A stretch of 41,399 nucleotides of DNA, from the NCBI GenBank assembly GCA_037439545.1, contig JBBIVV010000019.1, forward strand, positions 1 to 41,399, given 5' to 3'. The number at the start of each line of letters is the position of its first letter. The first letter of the stretch is position 1. The stretch is from a bacterium. GTDB taxonomy: Bacteria; JAMCPX01. Below the pieces are notes generated by a model that saw only the letters and a list, made by a program, of their open reading frames with translations, was not told the DNA's origin and ran no database searches. The position numbers and the translations under genes are program-made. Below are positions 18,182 to 28,089 of this stretch, piece after piece.

Positions 18182-19585
18182 ATGCGAAACCTATTACTCT
18201 CATTACTTAAATTATCTCCTGTTAAGCTGTTTGGGAAATTAAACCTTACCCAGAAAATGCTCATAGGCTACACGATCCTGACCGTATCCTCTGTATTCAT
18301 CTTTGTTTATGCTAAGTCGAGTTTCCAGAAGCTCAACACGTTAAACCGCAGCATATTAAACGTAGACATAACAATACAGAAAGCGACGCGCGATATGATG
18401 AATGCTATCATGGATCAGGATAACTACGAGAAGCGGTATCTTATACTGAAAAGCAATGACATGCTGGTATTGTTCTCGAAGCGCGGAAAAGATTTCAATG
18501 CATGGATAGAAAAGCTCGTGGAAATACAGAGCCAGAAGGGACAGTCACTCGAGGAACTGGGAGAATTCCAGGAACTTAATAATATCAACAAACTGCACAT
18601 GGAATACGAAACCACGTTTGCCAGAGAAGTGGATCTTATAAAAAAACATGCTCCAAAAAGGGCTTATGTCATATCGAATCACGAGATGAAACAAATCTTT
18701 GATAAGATTACGAGGGCATTAAACAGGATGTCGGCAATTGCGAAAAATGCCGAAGAACTGAAGATGGAAATGATCGGTACCATCGGTCAAAGGGTATTCC
18801 TGGGAACGACAATTCTATGGGTCATCAGCGTAATTTTAGGAGTATTGGTAGGACTGCTGGTCACCTACCACATAACATCATCAATACATAAGCTGAAGAT
18901 AGTGGCAGAACATATCGCCGAGGGTGATTTTGATTATGACCCGCAGATAAAGACCGCGGATGAAATCGGCAGTCTTGCTGCGGCATTCGCAGATATGGGC
19001 AGGAGATTAAAAAAACTCGAGATGATGTACCTTGATGCAAGCCCGCTCACACACCTTGCAGGCGGCATTGCGGTGGAAAATATAGTAAAAAAACGGATTG
19101 AATCGGGCAATCCCATGGCATTCTGCCTGTTAGATATCGATAACTTCAAATCGTTCAACGACCGGTACGGTTATGCACTCGGCAACCAGGTGATCAAAGA
19201 GACCGCAAAGATTATCGAAAGTACTGTCAAGACCTTTGGCTCTCCCGATGATTTCGTCGGACATATAGGCGGCGATGATTTCGTTGTCATTACCACACCT
19301 GATCGGATACATAAGATCAATGCTGAGATTATCCTACAATTTGACATGAACATACCGCAGTTTTATGATCAGCTTGATCGGAAAAACGGATATATACTCG
19401 GCAAAAACAGGCAGGCGGTGGAGATAAAGTTTCCCATAATGTCCATCTCCATAGCCGTGGTGACAAATGAACAAAGGAAGTTCACGGATCCGATGGAGGT
19501 TTCAGAGGTTGCCGCTGAGCTTAAGGATTATGCAAAAACTTTTCAGAAGAGTATTTATGTTATAAATAAGAGGATAACAGGATGA
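18182..19585 (+). CDS. membrane-bound HAMP-GGDEF domain protein (dinucleotide cyclase family)
   Basis: Two TM helices around a helical periplasmic sensor, HAMP (DEIGSLAAAF..M), and GGDEF domain motifs PLT.L, DIDNFKSFNDRYG and GHIGGDDF. Confidence 0.9.
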   Translation: MRNLLLSLLKLSPVKLFGKLNLTQKMLIGYTILTVSSVFIFVYAKSSFQKLNTLNRSILNVDITIQKATRDMMNAIMDQDNYEKRYLILKSNDMLVLFSKRGKDFNAWIEKLVEIQSQKGQSLEELGEFQELNNINKLHMEYETTFAREVDLIKKHAPKRAYVISNHEMKQIFDKITRALNRMSAIAKNAEELKMEMIGTIGQRVFLGTTILWVISVILGVLVGLLVTYHITSSIHKLKIVAEHIAEGDFDYDPQIKTADEIGSLAAAFADMGRRLKKLEMMYLDASPLTHLAGGIAVENIVKKRIESGNPMAFCLLDIDNFKSFNDRYGYALGNQVIKETAKIIESTVKTFGSPDDFVGHIGGDDFVVITTPDRIHKINAEIILQFDMNIPQFYDQLDRKNGYILGKNRQAVEIKFPIMSISIAVVTNEQRKFTDPMEVSEVAAELKDYAKTFQKSIYVINKRITG

Positions 19586-20016
19586 GAAATAAAACTTATG
19601 TCATTATACTATTCATCATACTTATGTTCCAGTCATGTGCTGCTTTGACCGTACCTCAGCAAGATCTCTCTCGTGCTGATAATCTTTTTTCCTCAAAAAA
19701 GTACGGCGATGCTCTCGCCGTCTACAGAAAAATACTGCGAGATTACCCGGGTTCACACGCTGCAGCAGAAGCACAGTTCTCCATTGCTTATACGCTTATT
19801 TGCCCGGACAACAGCGATATGGATTACGAACAAGCACTGGTAGAATTCGATAAATTTATTAAATTATACCCGGATGACAGTATGGCTTATGAAGCCGATA
19901 ATTGGCGCATGCTCCTGAAAACACTGAGCGATGCCAGAAAAGAAAACGTAAAGCTTAACAGCAAGATCGATCAATTAAAACAGCTTGATATAAGACGTGA
20001 AAAGATGAGCAGGTAA
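19582..20016 (+). CDS. TPR lipoprotein (BamD/YfiO-like)
   Basis: Lipobox FQSC, TPR-like helices (YGDALAVY...YPGS..AAEAQF; YEQALVEF..F...YPD) and a C-terminal coiled coil. Confidence 0.75.
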   Translation: MRNKTYVIILFIILMFQSCAALTVPQQDLSRADNLFSSKKYGDALAVYRKILRDYPGSHAAAEAQFSIAYTLICPDNSDMDYEQALVEFDKFIKLYPDDSMAYEADNWRMLLKTLSDARKENVKLNSKIDQLKQLDIRREKMSR

Positions 20017-20040
20017 GTACGCCGACCGCCTGCCGGAAGT

Positions 20041-23000
20041 ATGACCAGTACTATGGACAAGCCCGATGGGAATTTCAGCGACAGTAAATTGGAATTCCCG
20101 CATGTTCTTGCACTGAATGCGTCCGCAGGCTCAGGAAAAACACAAAACCTTTCACAGAGATATATCCAGCTTTTACTCTCAGGCAGAATAAAAAACAACA
20201 GACTTGAAAACATACTCGCCATAACGTTCACAAATAAGGCCGCAAATGAGATGAAGGAGCGAATCATAAAGCTCCTCAAGATGATCTCTCTGCACAAAGT
20301 CAATGATAGTTATACACGCAGGCTCCAGGGGATCTTTAAGATCATTTCAGACCATAAAGACACGCTTGCACGCAAGGCAACCGGTCATGTGGACAGAATC
20401 ATTAAAAACTATACAGATTTTCAGGTAAAGACCATAGACAGCTTCTTGAAGACCATCCTCGATGCGTCATTGATAGAATCCGGGATAAGACCCGGGTTTA
20501 TAATAGATATGGACCCGACACCTTATATTACCTATGCACTTGATAATCTCCTTGAGCAGATAAACAAACTACCTGCGGTAAAAAAACTTTTCGATGAATT
20601 CATACAAACATATCTTTCCATCCAGCAGAACAGCAACTTCAATCCACTGCAGAGTATTATGAATCTGCTGACAGCGTTAAAAGCCTATGAACGCATGAGC
20701 GGATCCTCTGCCGGTCTCCGTACCCGCCCGGACCTTACCGCAGGTAATGAAGTGCCCGTGCTTTCAGGTATCTCACCGCATACCGGGTGGGACATCCGGA
20801 TTCGGGATATGCAAAAACAGCTTCATGAAAATCTACAAAAGTTTCTAATCAGTATACCGGAAAATGCAGAGATCTTGGCAAATGCAAAAAAGGCATTCAG
20901 CGAGCAAAACATATATGGATTTAACTTTAAATCCGTATACTGGGGAAAAAGAGACATAAGCGATCTTTTCAAAAAGGACCACACAAAGCATATAAATCAT
21001 CCGGAGGTGTTACAAAATTACTGGGACAGCATAAGGGACGGAATTAGGGAGCTTTTAAACACAAGCATTACATCTCGCTTCTATGCATATCAGGAGATCT
21101 TTGAGTATGTAAAGAGCGGTATAGCAGAGCAGGCTTTCAATGATAACATTGTTCTCATCGATGAATTAACGGGTATCGTCAGGGAGCTCATCCAGTCGTC
21201 CAATGTACCGGAGCTGTATTTTAGGCTCGGAGAAAAGGTTTCCCATTACCTTATCGATGAATTCCAGGACACTGATATGGCACAATGGGAGAATATACGA
21301 GAACTCGTCGAAAACAGTATTAGTGAGGGCGGTTCCCTGTTTTATGTGGGTGATAAAAAACAGGCGATCTACAGGTTTAAAGGAGGAAACCCCGGACTTT
21401 TTGACGATGTATTAAATGACTTCAGGGATAAGGCAAAGAACTATTATGAGGCACTCAAAACCAATTATCGCTCATCAAAAGTGCTTGTGGAGTTCTTCAA
21501 TGCGACATTCACCCCGGAGGCGTTAAACACTTCTTTGCCTGCTTTGCTGAAAGATAATAATGATCTCAGTAATGCCATAAAAGACGAAGCAGAGGAGCTT
21601 GTAAAAAATATATACAGTGATGCCAAACAGGAAGTCCCCGCCGGCAATAAAGGGAAGACAGGAGGATATGTTCATATAGAATCCGTTAATCCTGGTGACG
21701 TAACTGATGACCTCACGGGCGATATGGCGCAGGACAATGGTACAGCCGGTCAGGGCGATGAAGAACAGAGCAGGATATACAAGTCTGATGCTTATGAAGC
21801 ATGCATGAATAGGACCGTAGCCATTATTAAAGAACTCTCCAGCCAGTATAAACACGTTTATAGCGATGTTGCGGTGCTTGTCCGCAAGAACAGCGAGGCT
21901 GGCCAGATAACCGGTGCACTGAAGAAAGAAGGCATACCCGTTGAATCCGAGCAAACGACGGACATCAGAAAGCACCGGTTGATAGGCGAGCTTATCGCGT
22001 TTTTACAGTTTCTAAATACGCCGCTTGATGACCTGTCTCTTGCAACATTTATTTCAGGAGAGCTTTTTACAAAGGCTGCAGGCATGAACACACAGGATGT
22101 TTACGACTGGCTGCTCGCGGTAAAATCACCGGAACGCGGTCCGGGAACAACGCTTCTTTACAAAACCTTCAGGGAGGATAAGCCGGAACTGTGGCAAAAA
22201 TATATCGAGAGACCGTTCAACAGTGTAGGCTATCTGCCGGCGTATGACCTCGTTTCAATGATCCTCGAACTTATGAATATTTACGGGAATTTCCCGGATG
22301 TACATGGCTTTTTCATGCACCTGCTTGAGCTTATAAAAGATCGGGAGAGCGAAGGTGAGAATAATCTTGACAGCTTCCTCGAATATTTTTCTGTGGATGG
22401 CGAAAACAAACCGGAATTTTTCGTATCCCTTTCTTCCTCACAGAATGCAGTGCATGTGATGACCATACACAAGGCAAAGGGGCTTGAATTCCCCGTTGTA
22501 GTCATTCCGTTCGCCGGACTAAACGGCGCATCCGGCCACGATCAGGAACTTTTTCTTGAGCAAGAGGGCAGGACAAAGGTCGTCTACAAAAACAAGGAGC
22601 ATATGGAGCTGTTATACAACTTCGATACGCATTCACCGTATATAGAAGCATATATTCGAGAGAGGAGCAGGCAGATTATCGATGAACTCAATGTTCTCTA
22701 TGTGGCGACAACCCGGGCGAAGGACAAACTTTTTATGCTCCTCCCGCCGGACAATAGCAAAGCACTGCTCCTGCTTTTTAAATTAAACGAAGGGGGGAGC
22801 GTAACATACGGCACACTTGAACCTGCACGAATTCTGAAAACTAAATCTGTTGAAACGCCCCAAAAGGTGAACACATTGCAGCCTCTGACCGGCGGCAGTG
22901 ATGCTGATTGGTTTCACCATATATACGGTCTTATGCATAAAGACCAGGTCATGAATATACTCGACGATACGCTGCGCACCGCACTGCAGAGAGGAGAATT

Positions 23001-23421
23001 TATACATAAGGTTCTCTCGAATATAAGATTCATAGACCACCCTGCCCGCGACTTCATAACGCGTGCCCTACAACAAGCGGATATAGATAAATCACTATTC
23101 GATGAAAGGGAAATCGCAGGAGAAATCGAACAGCTTGTGTCAATGGAACAGGTAAGGCAATGGTTCTCCGGAGATACAACATCAGAGGTGCTTACTGAGA
23201 AAGAGATTACTACGGCAGACGGGGAATTGAAAAGGATTGACCGGCTTGTGATCAACCGGGACAGGGTAATCGTCATAGATTTTAAAACAGGTAAGACCCA
23301 TGAATCGCACCATCGGCAGGTCAGAGAATATATGAAGTCTGTCAGGCAAATATATAAAGACAGGCATGTAAAAGGCTATATCCTGTATCTCGATCAAAAG
23401 CTGGTGCAGGAGGTCACATGA
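20041..23421 (+). CDS. addA: AddA-type UvrD helicase / RecB-family nuclease
   Basis: Motifs ASAGSGKT, AITFTNKAANEMKERI, IDEFQDT, VGDKKQAIYRF, NYRS, MTIHKAKGLEF and YVATTRA. C-terminal RIDRL...IDFKTG nuclease. Confidence 0.9.
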   Translation: MTSTMDKPDGNFSDSKLEFPHVLALNASAGSGKTQNLSQRYIQLLLSGRIKNNRLENILAITFTNKAANEMKERIIKLLKMISLHKVNDSYTRRLQGIFKIISDHKDTLARKATGHVDRIIKNYTDFQVKTIDSFLKTILDASLIESGIRPGFIIDMDPTPYITYALDNLLEQINKLPAVKKLFDEFIQTYLSIQQNSNFNPLQSIMNLLTALKAYERMSGSSAGLRTRPDLTAGNEVPVLSGISPHTGWDIRIRDMQKQLHENLQKFLISIPENAEILANAKKAFSEQNIYGFNFKSVYWGKRDISDLFKKDHTKHINHPEVLQNYWDSIRDGIRELLNTSITSRFYAYQEIFEYVKSGIAEQAFNDNIVLIDELTGIVRELIQSSNVPELYFRLGEKVSHYLIDEFQDTDMAQWENIRELVENSISEGGSLFYVGDKKQAIYRFKGGNPGLFDDVLNDFRDKAKNYYEALKTNYRSSKVLVEFFNATFTPEALNTSLPALLKDNNDLSNAIKDEAEELVKNIYSDAKQEVPAGNKGKTGGYVHIESVNPGDVTDDLTGDMAQDNGTAGQGDEEQSRIYKSDAYEACMNRTVAIIKELSSQYKHVYSDVAVLVRKNSEAGQITGALKKEGIPVESEQTTDIRKHRLIGELIAFLQFLNTPLDDLSLATFISGELFTKAAGMNTQDVYDWLLAVKSPERGPGTTLLYKTFREDKPELWQKYIERPFNSVGYLPAYDLVSMILELMNIYGNFPDVHGFFMHLLELIKDRESEGENNLDSFLEYFSVDGENKPEFFVSLSSSQNAVHVMTIHKAKGLEFPVVVIPFAGLNGASGHDQELFLEQEGRTKVVYKNKEHMELLYNFDTHSPYIEAYIRERSRQIIDELNVLYVATTRAKDKLFMLLPPDNSKALLLLFKLNEGGSVTYGTLEPARILKTKSVETPQKVNTLQPLTGGSDADWFHHIYGLMHKDQVMNILDDTLRTALQRGEFIHKVLSNIRFIDHPARDFITRALQQADIDKSLFDEREIAGEIEQLVSMEQVRQWFSGDTTSEVLTEKEITTADGELKRIDRLVINRDRVIVIDFKTGKTHESHHRQVREYMKSVRQIYKDRHVKGYILYLDQKLVQEVT

Positions 23422-26357
23422 GCACTGCCATTAACGTCTTTTCTTACAAAGACGATACTATTTCTCTGCTCGCAGACCAGTTGATTAGCAGGGCACACCT
23501 CCATGGAGATATGCAGGGCGACCTTTCCCCCTACGCTGTGGTATTCCCGGGTAAAAGACCGGCATACTATCTCCGACAGGCGCTTGCTGAAAAACTGCAC
23601 GGTTCATTCTTTCCGCCGCACATATACTCCATCGCGGAATTTATGAAGCATATAGCTGATAAGAAACTGAAAGGCTATTCTGCTGCTGATCCGTTAAACA
23701 GTGCATATTACCTCTTTGATTGTATAAAAGGTCTTGATATGCGTTCACCGGTTCATGCACAGGACGGGTTTGAGCACTTCATCTATTGGGGCATAGAACT
23801 CTATAAGTCCATAGATGAACTCGATAAATGGTTGATCGACAATAGTATCCTGAAAGGACTAAAAGTTGCACTGCCTGAAGTCCCGGCACACACAGCAGGA
23901 TTTATAAATAACCTCTCCATTATAAGAGATAGGTTTCATGAGAGACTGGTAAACGAAAAAAAAAGTACACAGGGATTTAATTATATTACAGCTTGCCGGC
24001 TCATCGGCGGGGACCTGCAGACAGGTCTATCGGATGAATTCGAACATATATATTTTAACGGACTCATAGCTCTGACAAAAGCAGAAGCTCATGTCGTTGG
24101 AAAACTTCTCTCAGCAGATACTGCATCGTTTTATACGCAGGCAGCACCGGACTATGAACTATCGGGTGATACCAAAACTGACGGCAAATTACTCGATGAA
24201 CTCAGGGCATCACTCGACAATGCAGACATAAACTATATGGGTCCACTGGCAACCCGGCCATACGAAAACGAGATGAAACCGGTGTATCATGAGGCTGTAG
24301 ATACCCATTCTGAGGTCGTATCGGTAAGCAGTATATTGTCTGACAACACTGCAAAAGAAGGACGCAACGGCTTACCTGCACCGGTCAATTTGAAGCCGGA
24401 TGATATTGCCATAATCCTGCCAGCGCCGGATCCACTCATACCTCTCCTTACGCAGGTGATGAAGTTCCTTGGTGCAGACCTGAACATCACCATGGGGTAT
24501 CCTTTAAAGAGAACACCCCTGTATGCACTGCTTGATACTATTATCCGTGCGCAGGACTCGAAAAAAGAGGACAACAGCTATTACTCGGTGGATTACCTCA
24601 AGGTCCTGCGGCATCCGTATATAAAAGGATTGTTCGAAGGATATGCACGTATACTGGTCCATCAGATAGAAGACTATTTAATCAAACAGCACCTGACATT
24701 CCTGAGACTCGATGAGCTGGAGCACAACGGAGAGCTGCTCGGAGCGACTGCAGACAGACTCATAACAATCGGGCAAAAGGATATATCGCAGGAGCAGCTG
24801 GGAAATTATTTAAAGGACGTCCACCGGCTATTCTTTAAAGTATTTGAGCCAGGGCACAGAACGACTATGGAATTCGCAGAGAGCATCTATGCCATCGTCG
24901 CCTATCTCTCTAAGTTCAGCAATGCACTGGATTACATCTTTTCTCCCGCCTATATAAGCTACTTCATAGAGCTTATAGACGCATTGAAGGCAACAGACTT
25001 CAGCAGCCAGCCCATGGATAAGCACAGGCTTTTCGAGTTGTTCAGGTATTATACAGAAAGCCAGGCCATCCCTTTCAACGGGACACCCTTAAAAGGCATA
25101 CAAATTATGGGAATGCTCGAAACGAGGTCTCTTAAATTCAAAAAAGTAATTATGTTCGATTGTAACGAAGGCGTTATTCCGGCCACCGGTAAGTATGAGC
25201 CCATACTGCCGCTGAAGGTAAAACAATATTTAAAGCTGCCGGCGTACAGGGACAATGAGGAATTATCCCGGTATCATTTCAGGAGACTCATATACGGAGC
25301 CGATGAGATCCATCTTCTCTATAAAAAGGATGATGCTTCAGCCAGGAGCAGGTTTTTAGAAGAACTGATATGGGATGCTGAAAAGGCTAAAAAAACAATC
25401 GATGTGTCGGATATAACATATCCTGTCTTCAGTACGGAGATAAAGAACGTAGCACATGCAGAGGTAAGAAAAGACGATCACATAGTTAAAACCATAAAGC
25501 AGATTATCTCCCGAAAACTTTCTCCAACTGCTATTGATACATACCTGAACTGTCCTATGGAGTTTTATTATAAGTATGTGCTCGGCTTTAGAGAGCAAGA
25601 AGAACTTGAACAAGATATCGAAGCCAGGGACATCGGAACAACTGTCCATTATATTTTGAAAGAGTTTTACACACCGTATCTCAGGAAGCAAGCTCCGGCT
25701 GCAACACCTTCAGAGCTCGGCAGACTCGGAAAGATTATAGAAGACAGGTTTACAAAGGATTACAGGATCACGGATACAGGTCAGGTCTATCTTATAAAAG
25801 AGATAACCAGAAACCTGCTGGTTGAGTTTGTAAAGAAGGACCTGAATAATAAGCCGGAGATCCTTGCATGTGAAACAGAATTGAGTGCCAAATTGGATTT
25901 TGGCAGCTTTAAAGCCACGCTCGGCGGCAGGGCCGACAGGATAGACAGACGCGGAGATCAGGCTTTTATTGTCGATTACAAAACTGGCAGTAAAGCCCCA
26001 AAACCAAATATGAAAAAGCTCGGAGCGTGTAAAGCCCCCTTGAAAGAAAGAGAAGAGATGAAAACACTGATTGGCTCTTTCCAACTGCCGGTCTATCTCT
26101 ATATGTATCACGAACAAATCAGAGACTTAAACTGGGATCACCTTAATGCAAGCCTCTTCATGATAAGAGATAATAGGGAAATTTTATTATTCAAACAGGG
26201 GGACAGGAGCGATAGAGGCAGTTTCATGCAGCACATCCTCATTCCTTCGCTCAAGAACCTGATTTCCGGGCTCCTTGACCCGGGCATTCCTTTTATGTGT
26301 GACGATTCCAACGAGAAAACCTGCGGTTATTGTCCATTTTACACCATGTGCAGGTAA
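23418..26357 (+). CDS. addB: AddB-type partner: inactive helicase scaffold + PD-(D/E)XK nuclease with Fe-S ligands
   Basis: LSPTAIDTYLNCP, GRADRID, IVDYKTG and C-terminal CGYCPFYTMC give the 4-Cys staple pattern. ATGA overlap with addA. Confidence 0.85.
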   Translation: MSTAINVFSYKDDTISLLADQLISRAHLHGDMQGDLSPYAVVFPGKRPAYYLRQALAEKLHGSFFPPHIYSIAEFMKHIADKKLKGYSAADPLNSAYYLFDCIKGLDMRSPVHAQDGFEHFIYWGIELYKSIDELDKWLIDNSILKGLKVALPEVPAHTAGFINNLSIIRDRFHERLVNEKKSTQGFNYITACRLIGGDLQTGLSDEFEHIYFNGLIALTKAEAHVVGKLLSADTASFYTQAAPDYELSGDTKTDGKLLDELRASLDNADINYMGPLATRPYENEMKPVYHEAVDTHSEVVSVSSILSDNTAKEGRNGLPAPVNLKPDDIAIILPAPDPLIPLLTQVMKFLGADLNITMGYPLKRTPLYALLDTIIRAQDSKKEDNSYYSVDYLKVLRHPYIKGLFEGYARILVHQIEDYLIKQHLTFLRLDELEHNGELLGATADRLITIGQKDISQEQLGNYLKDVHRLFFKVFEPGHRTTMEFAESIYAIVAYLSKFSNALDYIFSPAYISYFIELIDALKATDFSSQPMDKHRLFELFRYYTESQAIPFNGTPLKGIQIMGMLETRSLKFKKVIMFDCNEGVIPATGKYEPILPLKVKQYLKLPAYRDNEELSRYHFRRLIYGADEIHLLYKKDDASARSRFLEELIWDAEKAKKTIDVSDITYPVFSTEIKNVAHAEVRKDDHIVKTIKQIISRKLSPTAIDTYLNCPMEFYYKYVLGFREQEELEQDIEARDIGTTVHYILKEFYTPYLRKQAPAATPSELGRLGKIIEDRFTKDYRITDTGQVYLIKEITRNLLVEFVKKDLNNKPEILACETELSAKLDFGSFKATLGGRADRIDRRGDQAFIVDYKTGSKAPKPNMKKLGACKAPLKEREEMKTLIGSFQLPVYLYMYHEQIRDLNWDHLNASLFMIRDNREILLFKQGDRSDRGSFMQHILIPSLKNLISGLLDPGIPFMCDDSNEKTCGYCPFYTMCR

Positions 26358-26424
26358 ACCGGCAACAGCAGAATTTGTAAAACTGGAGGTAATCATAGGA
26401 CAGAAGAGATTTGTATCCCCCTTG

Positions 26425-27783
26425 CTATCTCTCGGTAACTGCCTTTATCGCACGCTCGACAGATTCGAGCAGGCGGCCGATCTGCCGTGCGGTAATGGAA
26501 AGCGGGGGCATGAGGACAACGACATCATCGAGAGGCCTTATAAAAACTCCGTCCTTCCTTGTTTCAAAGCACACCTTTGCACCTGTTCTCTGCTCAAACG
26601 GATACGGTTCTTTTGCCGCTTTGTCCCTGACAAGCTCGATACCTGTCATCATGCCGATCTGCCGTATATCACCGACGTGCTCGAGCACTGCTATTCTCTT
26701 TAATCCTTTTCTCAGTTGTCTGATCTTCGGCTGAAGTTTTTGCAGGAGTTTTTCTTTCCTGAACAGCTCAAGGTTCGCTATCGCTGCCGCAACACCGAGC
26801 GGGTTGGCCGTGTACGTATGTCCATGGTAGAATGTTTTCTTTTCCGCATAATCACCCAGAAACGCATCGTATATTTTTTGGGTTGTGAATGTTGCCGCAA
26901 CGGGCAGGTATCCGCCGCTTATGCCCTTTGCAACAGTCATTATATCGGGGCGTATGCCTTCATGCTCGCATGCAAACATCTTTCCCGTCCTGCCGAACCC
27001 TGTTGCGACCTCGTCCGCTATCAGCAGGACATCGTGCTTTCTCGTTATCTCCCGTATTGTCTTCAGGTAGTTGGGAGGAGACAGGATAAACCCTCCTGCT
27101 GCCTGTATCATGGGCTCAAGTATCAGGGCCGCCACCCTGCCCTCATTATCGGAAAGCAATTTGTCTACAGCCTGAGCACAGGCAAAACCGCATGAGGGGT
27201 ATTCGAGTCCCGGTTCGCACCGGTAACAGTAGGGTGAAGGGGCTTTGATTGTTTTGAACAGCAGGGGCTTATACGTGGCATGGAACAGCCCTATGCCGCC
27301 GACACTAACAGAGCCGATTGTATCGCCGTGGTACGCATTGTCCAGTGATACAAAGATATGCCGTTCCGGCTCGCCGGTATTGTTCCAATACTGGAGGGCT
27401 ATCTTGATCGCTATCTCAACGGCAGTTGCGCCGTTGTCCGAATAAAAAACCCGTTTTAAGCTGCCCGGCACTCTGTCCAGAAGCATCTTCGACAGGACTA
27501 TAGCACCCGGATGGCTCAGGCCGAGGAACGTGGAATGTGCGATCTTCTTCAACTGTCGTTTTATCGCATCATCGATATATTTTTTCCTGTGGCCGTGCAC
27601 GTTCGTCCATAGAGACGATACGCCATCCAGGTACTTTTTGCCGTTTACGTCTACGAGGTAATTTCCTTCTCCTCTTTCGATGATAAGTATCTCTTCGTCT
27701 TTCCATGCCTTCATCTGGGTAAACGGGTGCCAGATGTATGCCTTGTCCATTTCAGATAATTGTTTATAGGTGTACCCTGCCAT
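26425..27783 (-). CDS. bioA: adenosylmethionine-8-amino-7-oxononanoate aminotransferase
   Basis: Motifs IWHPFTQM, DGVSSLWTNVHGH, YHGDT, IADEVATGFGRTG, AKG (PLP Lys) and HGHTYTANP. Confidence 0.95.
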   Translation of the reverse strand: MAGYTYKQLSEMDKAYIWHPFTQMKAWKDEEILIIERGEGNYLVDVNGKKYLDGVSSLWTNVHGHRKKYIDDAIKRQLKKIAHSTFLGLSHPGAIVLSKMLLDRVPGSLKRVFYSDNGATAVEIAIKIALQYWNNTGEPERHIFVSLDNAYHGDTIGSVSVGGIGLFHATYKPLLFKTIKAPSPYCYRCEPGLEYPSCGFACAQAVDKLLSDNEGRVAALILEPMIQAAGGFILSPPNYLKTIREITRKHDVLLIADEVATGFGRTGKMFACEHEGIRPDIMTVAKGISGGYLPVAATFTTQKIYDAFLGDYAEKKTFYHGHTYTANPLGVAAAIANLELFRKEKLLQKLQPKIRQLRKGLKRIAVLEHVGDIRQIGMMTGIELVRDKAAKEPYPFEQRTGAKVCFETRKDGVFIRPLDDVVVLMPPLSITARQIGRLLESVERAIKAVTER

Positions 27784-28089
27784 AGGTCACTATTGCACGC
27801 CGGTGAAACATTGATCAAGTAGAAAATATACGGCTTTTTCTCAAAAGGGGAAAAGTTTTTGATGAAGCGAAGGAAAACACCTGCGAACTGCCTGATATTC
27901 TTCTGTGGAACTCTGCGTGGACTACTTCTCTATGAGCGTCAAAGATAAAAGGAACTGCATTTTTGATCGACTACCCTCGTTTATCGGAGGGAGCGTTGTT
28001 TTACAAGAAGAAGAGAAAACTTTTCCCCGTAATATTATGTGATCATTGTCATTGTAAGTTTTCCGCGTTTATGCGATCTACGTATGAGT

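Noticed and set aside
23418..26357. Cas4-like nuclease or defence system
   Set aside because: The Fe-S PD-(D/E)XK domain is part of a full-length AddB coupled to AddA. No CRISPR array or cas genes are seen in the window.
27784..28083. Possible ncRNA or small ORF (27963-28184) between bioA and the outer-membrane protein gene
   Set aside because: Only a short weak hairpin and no recognisable motif. The ORF overlaps the next gene out of frame.
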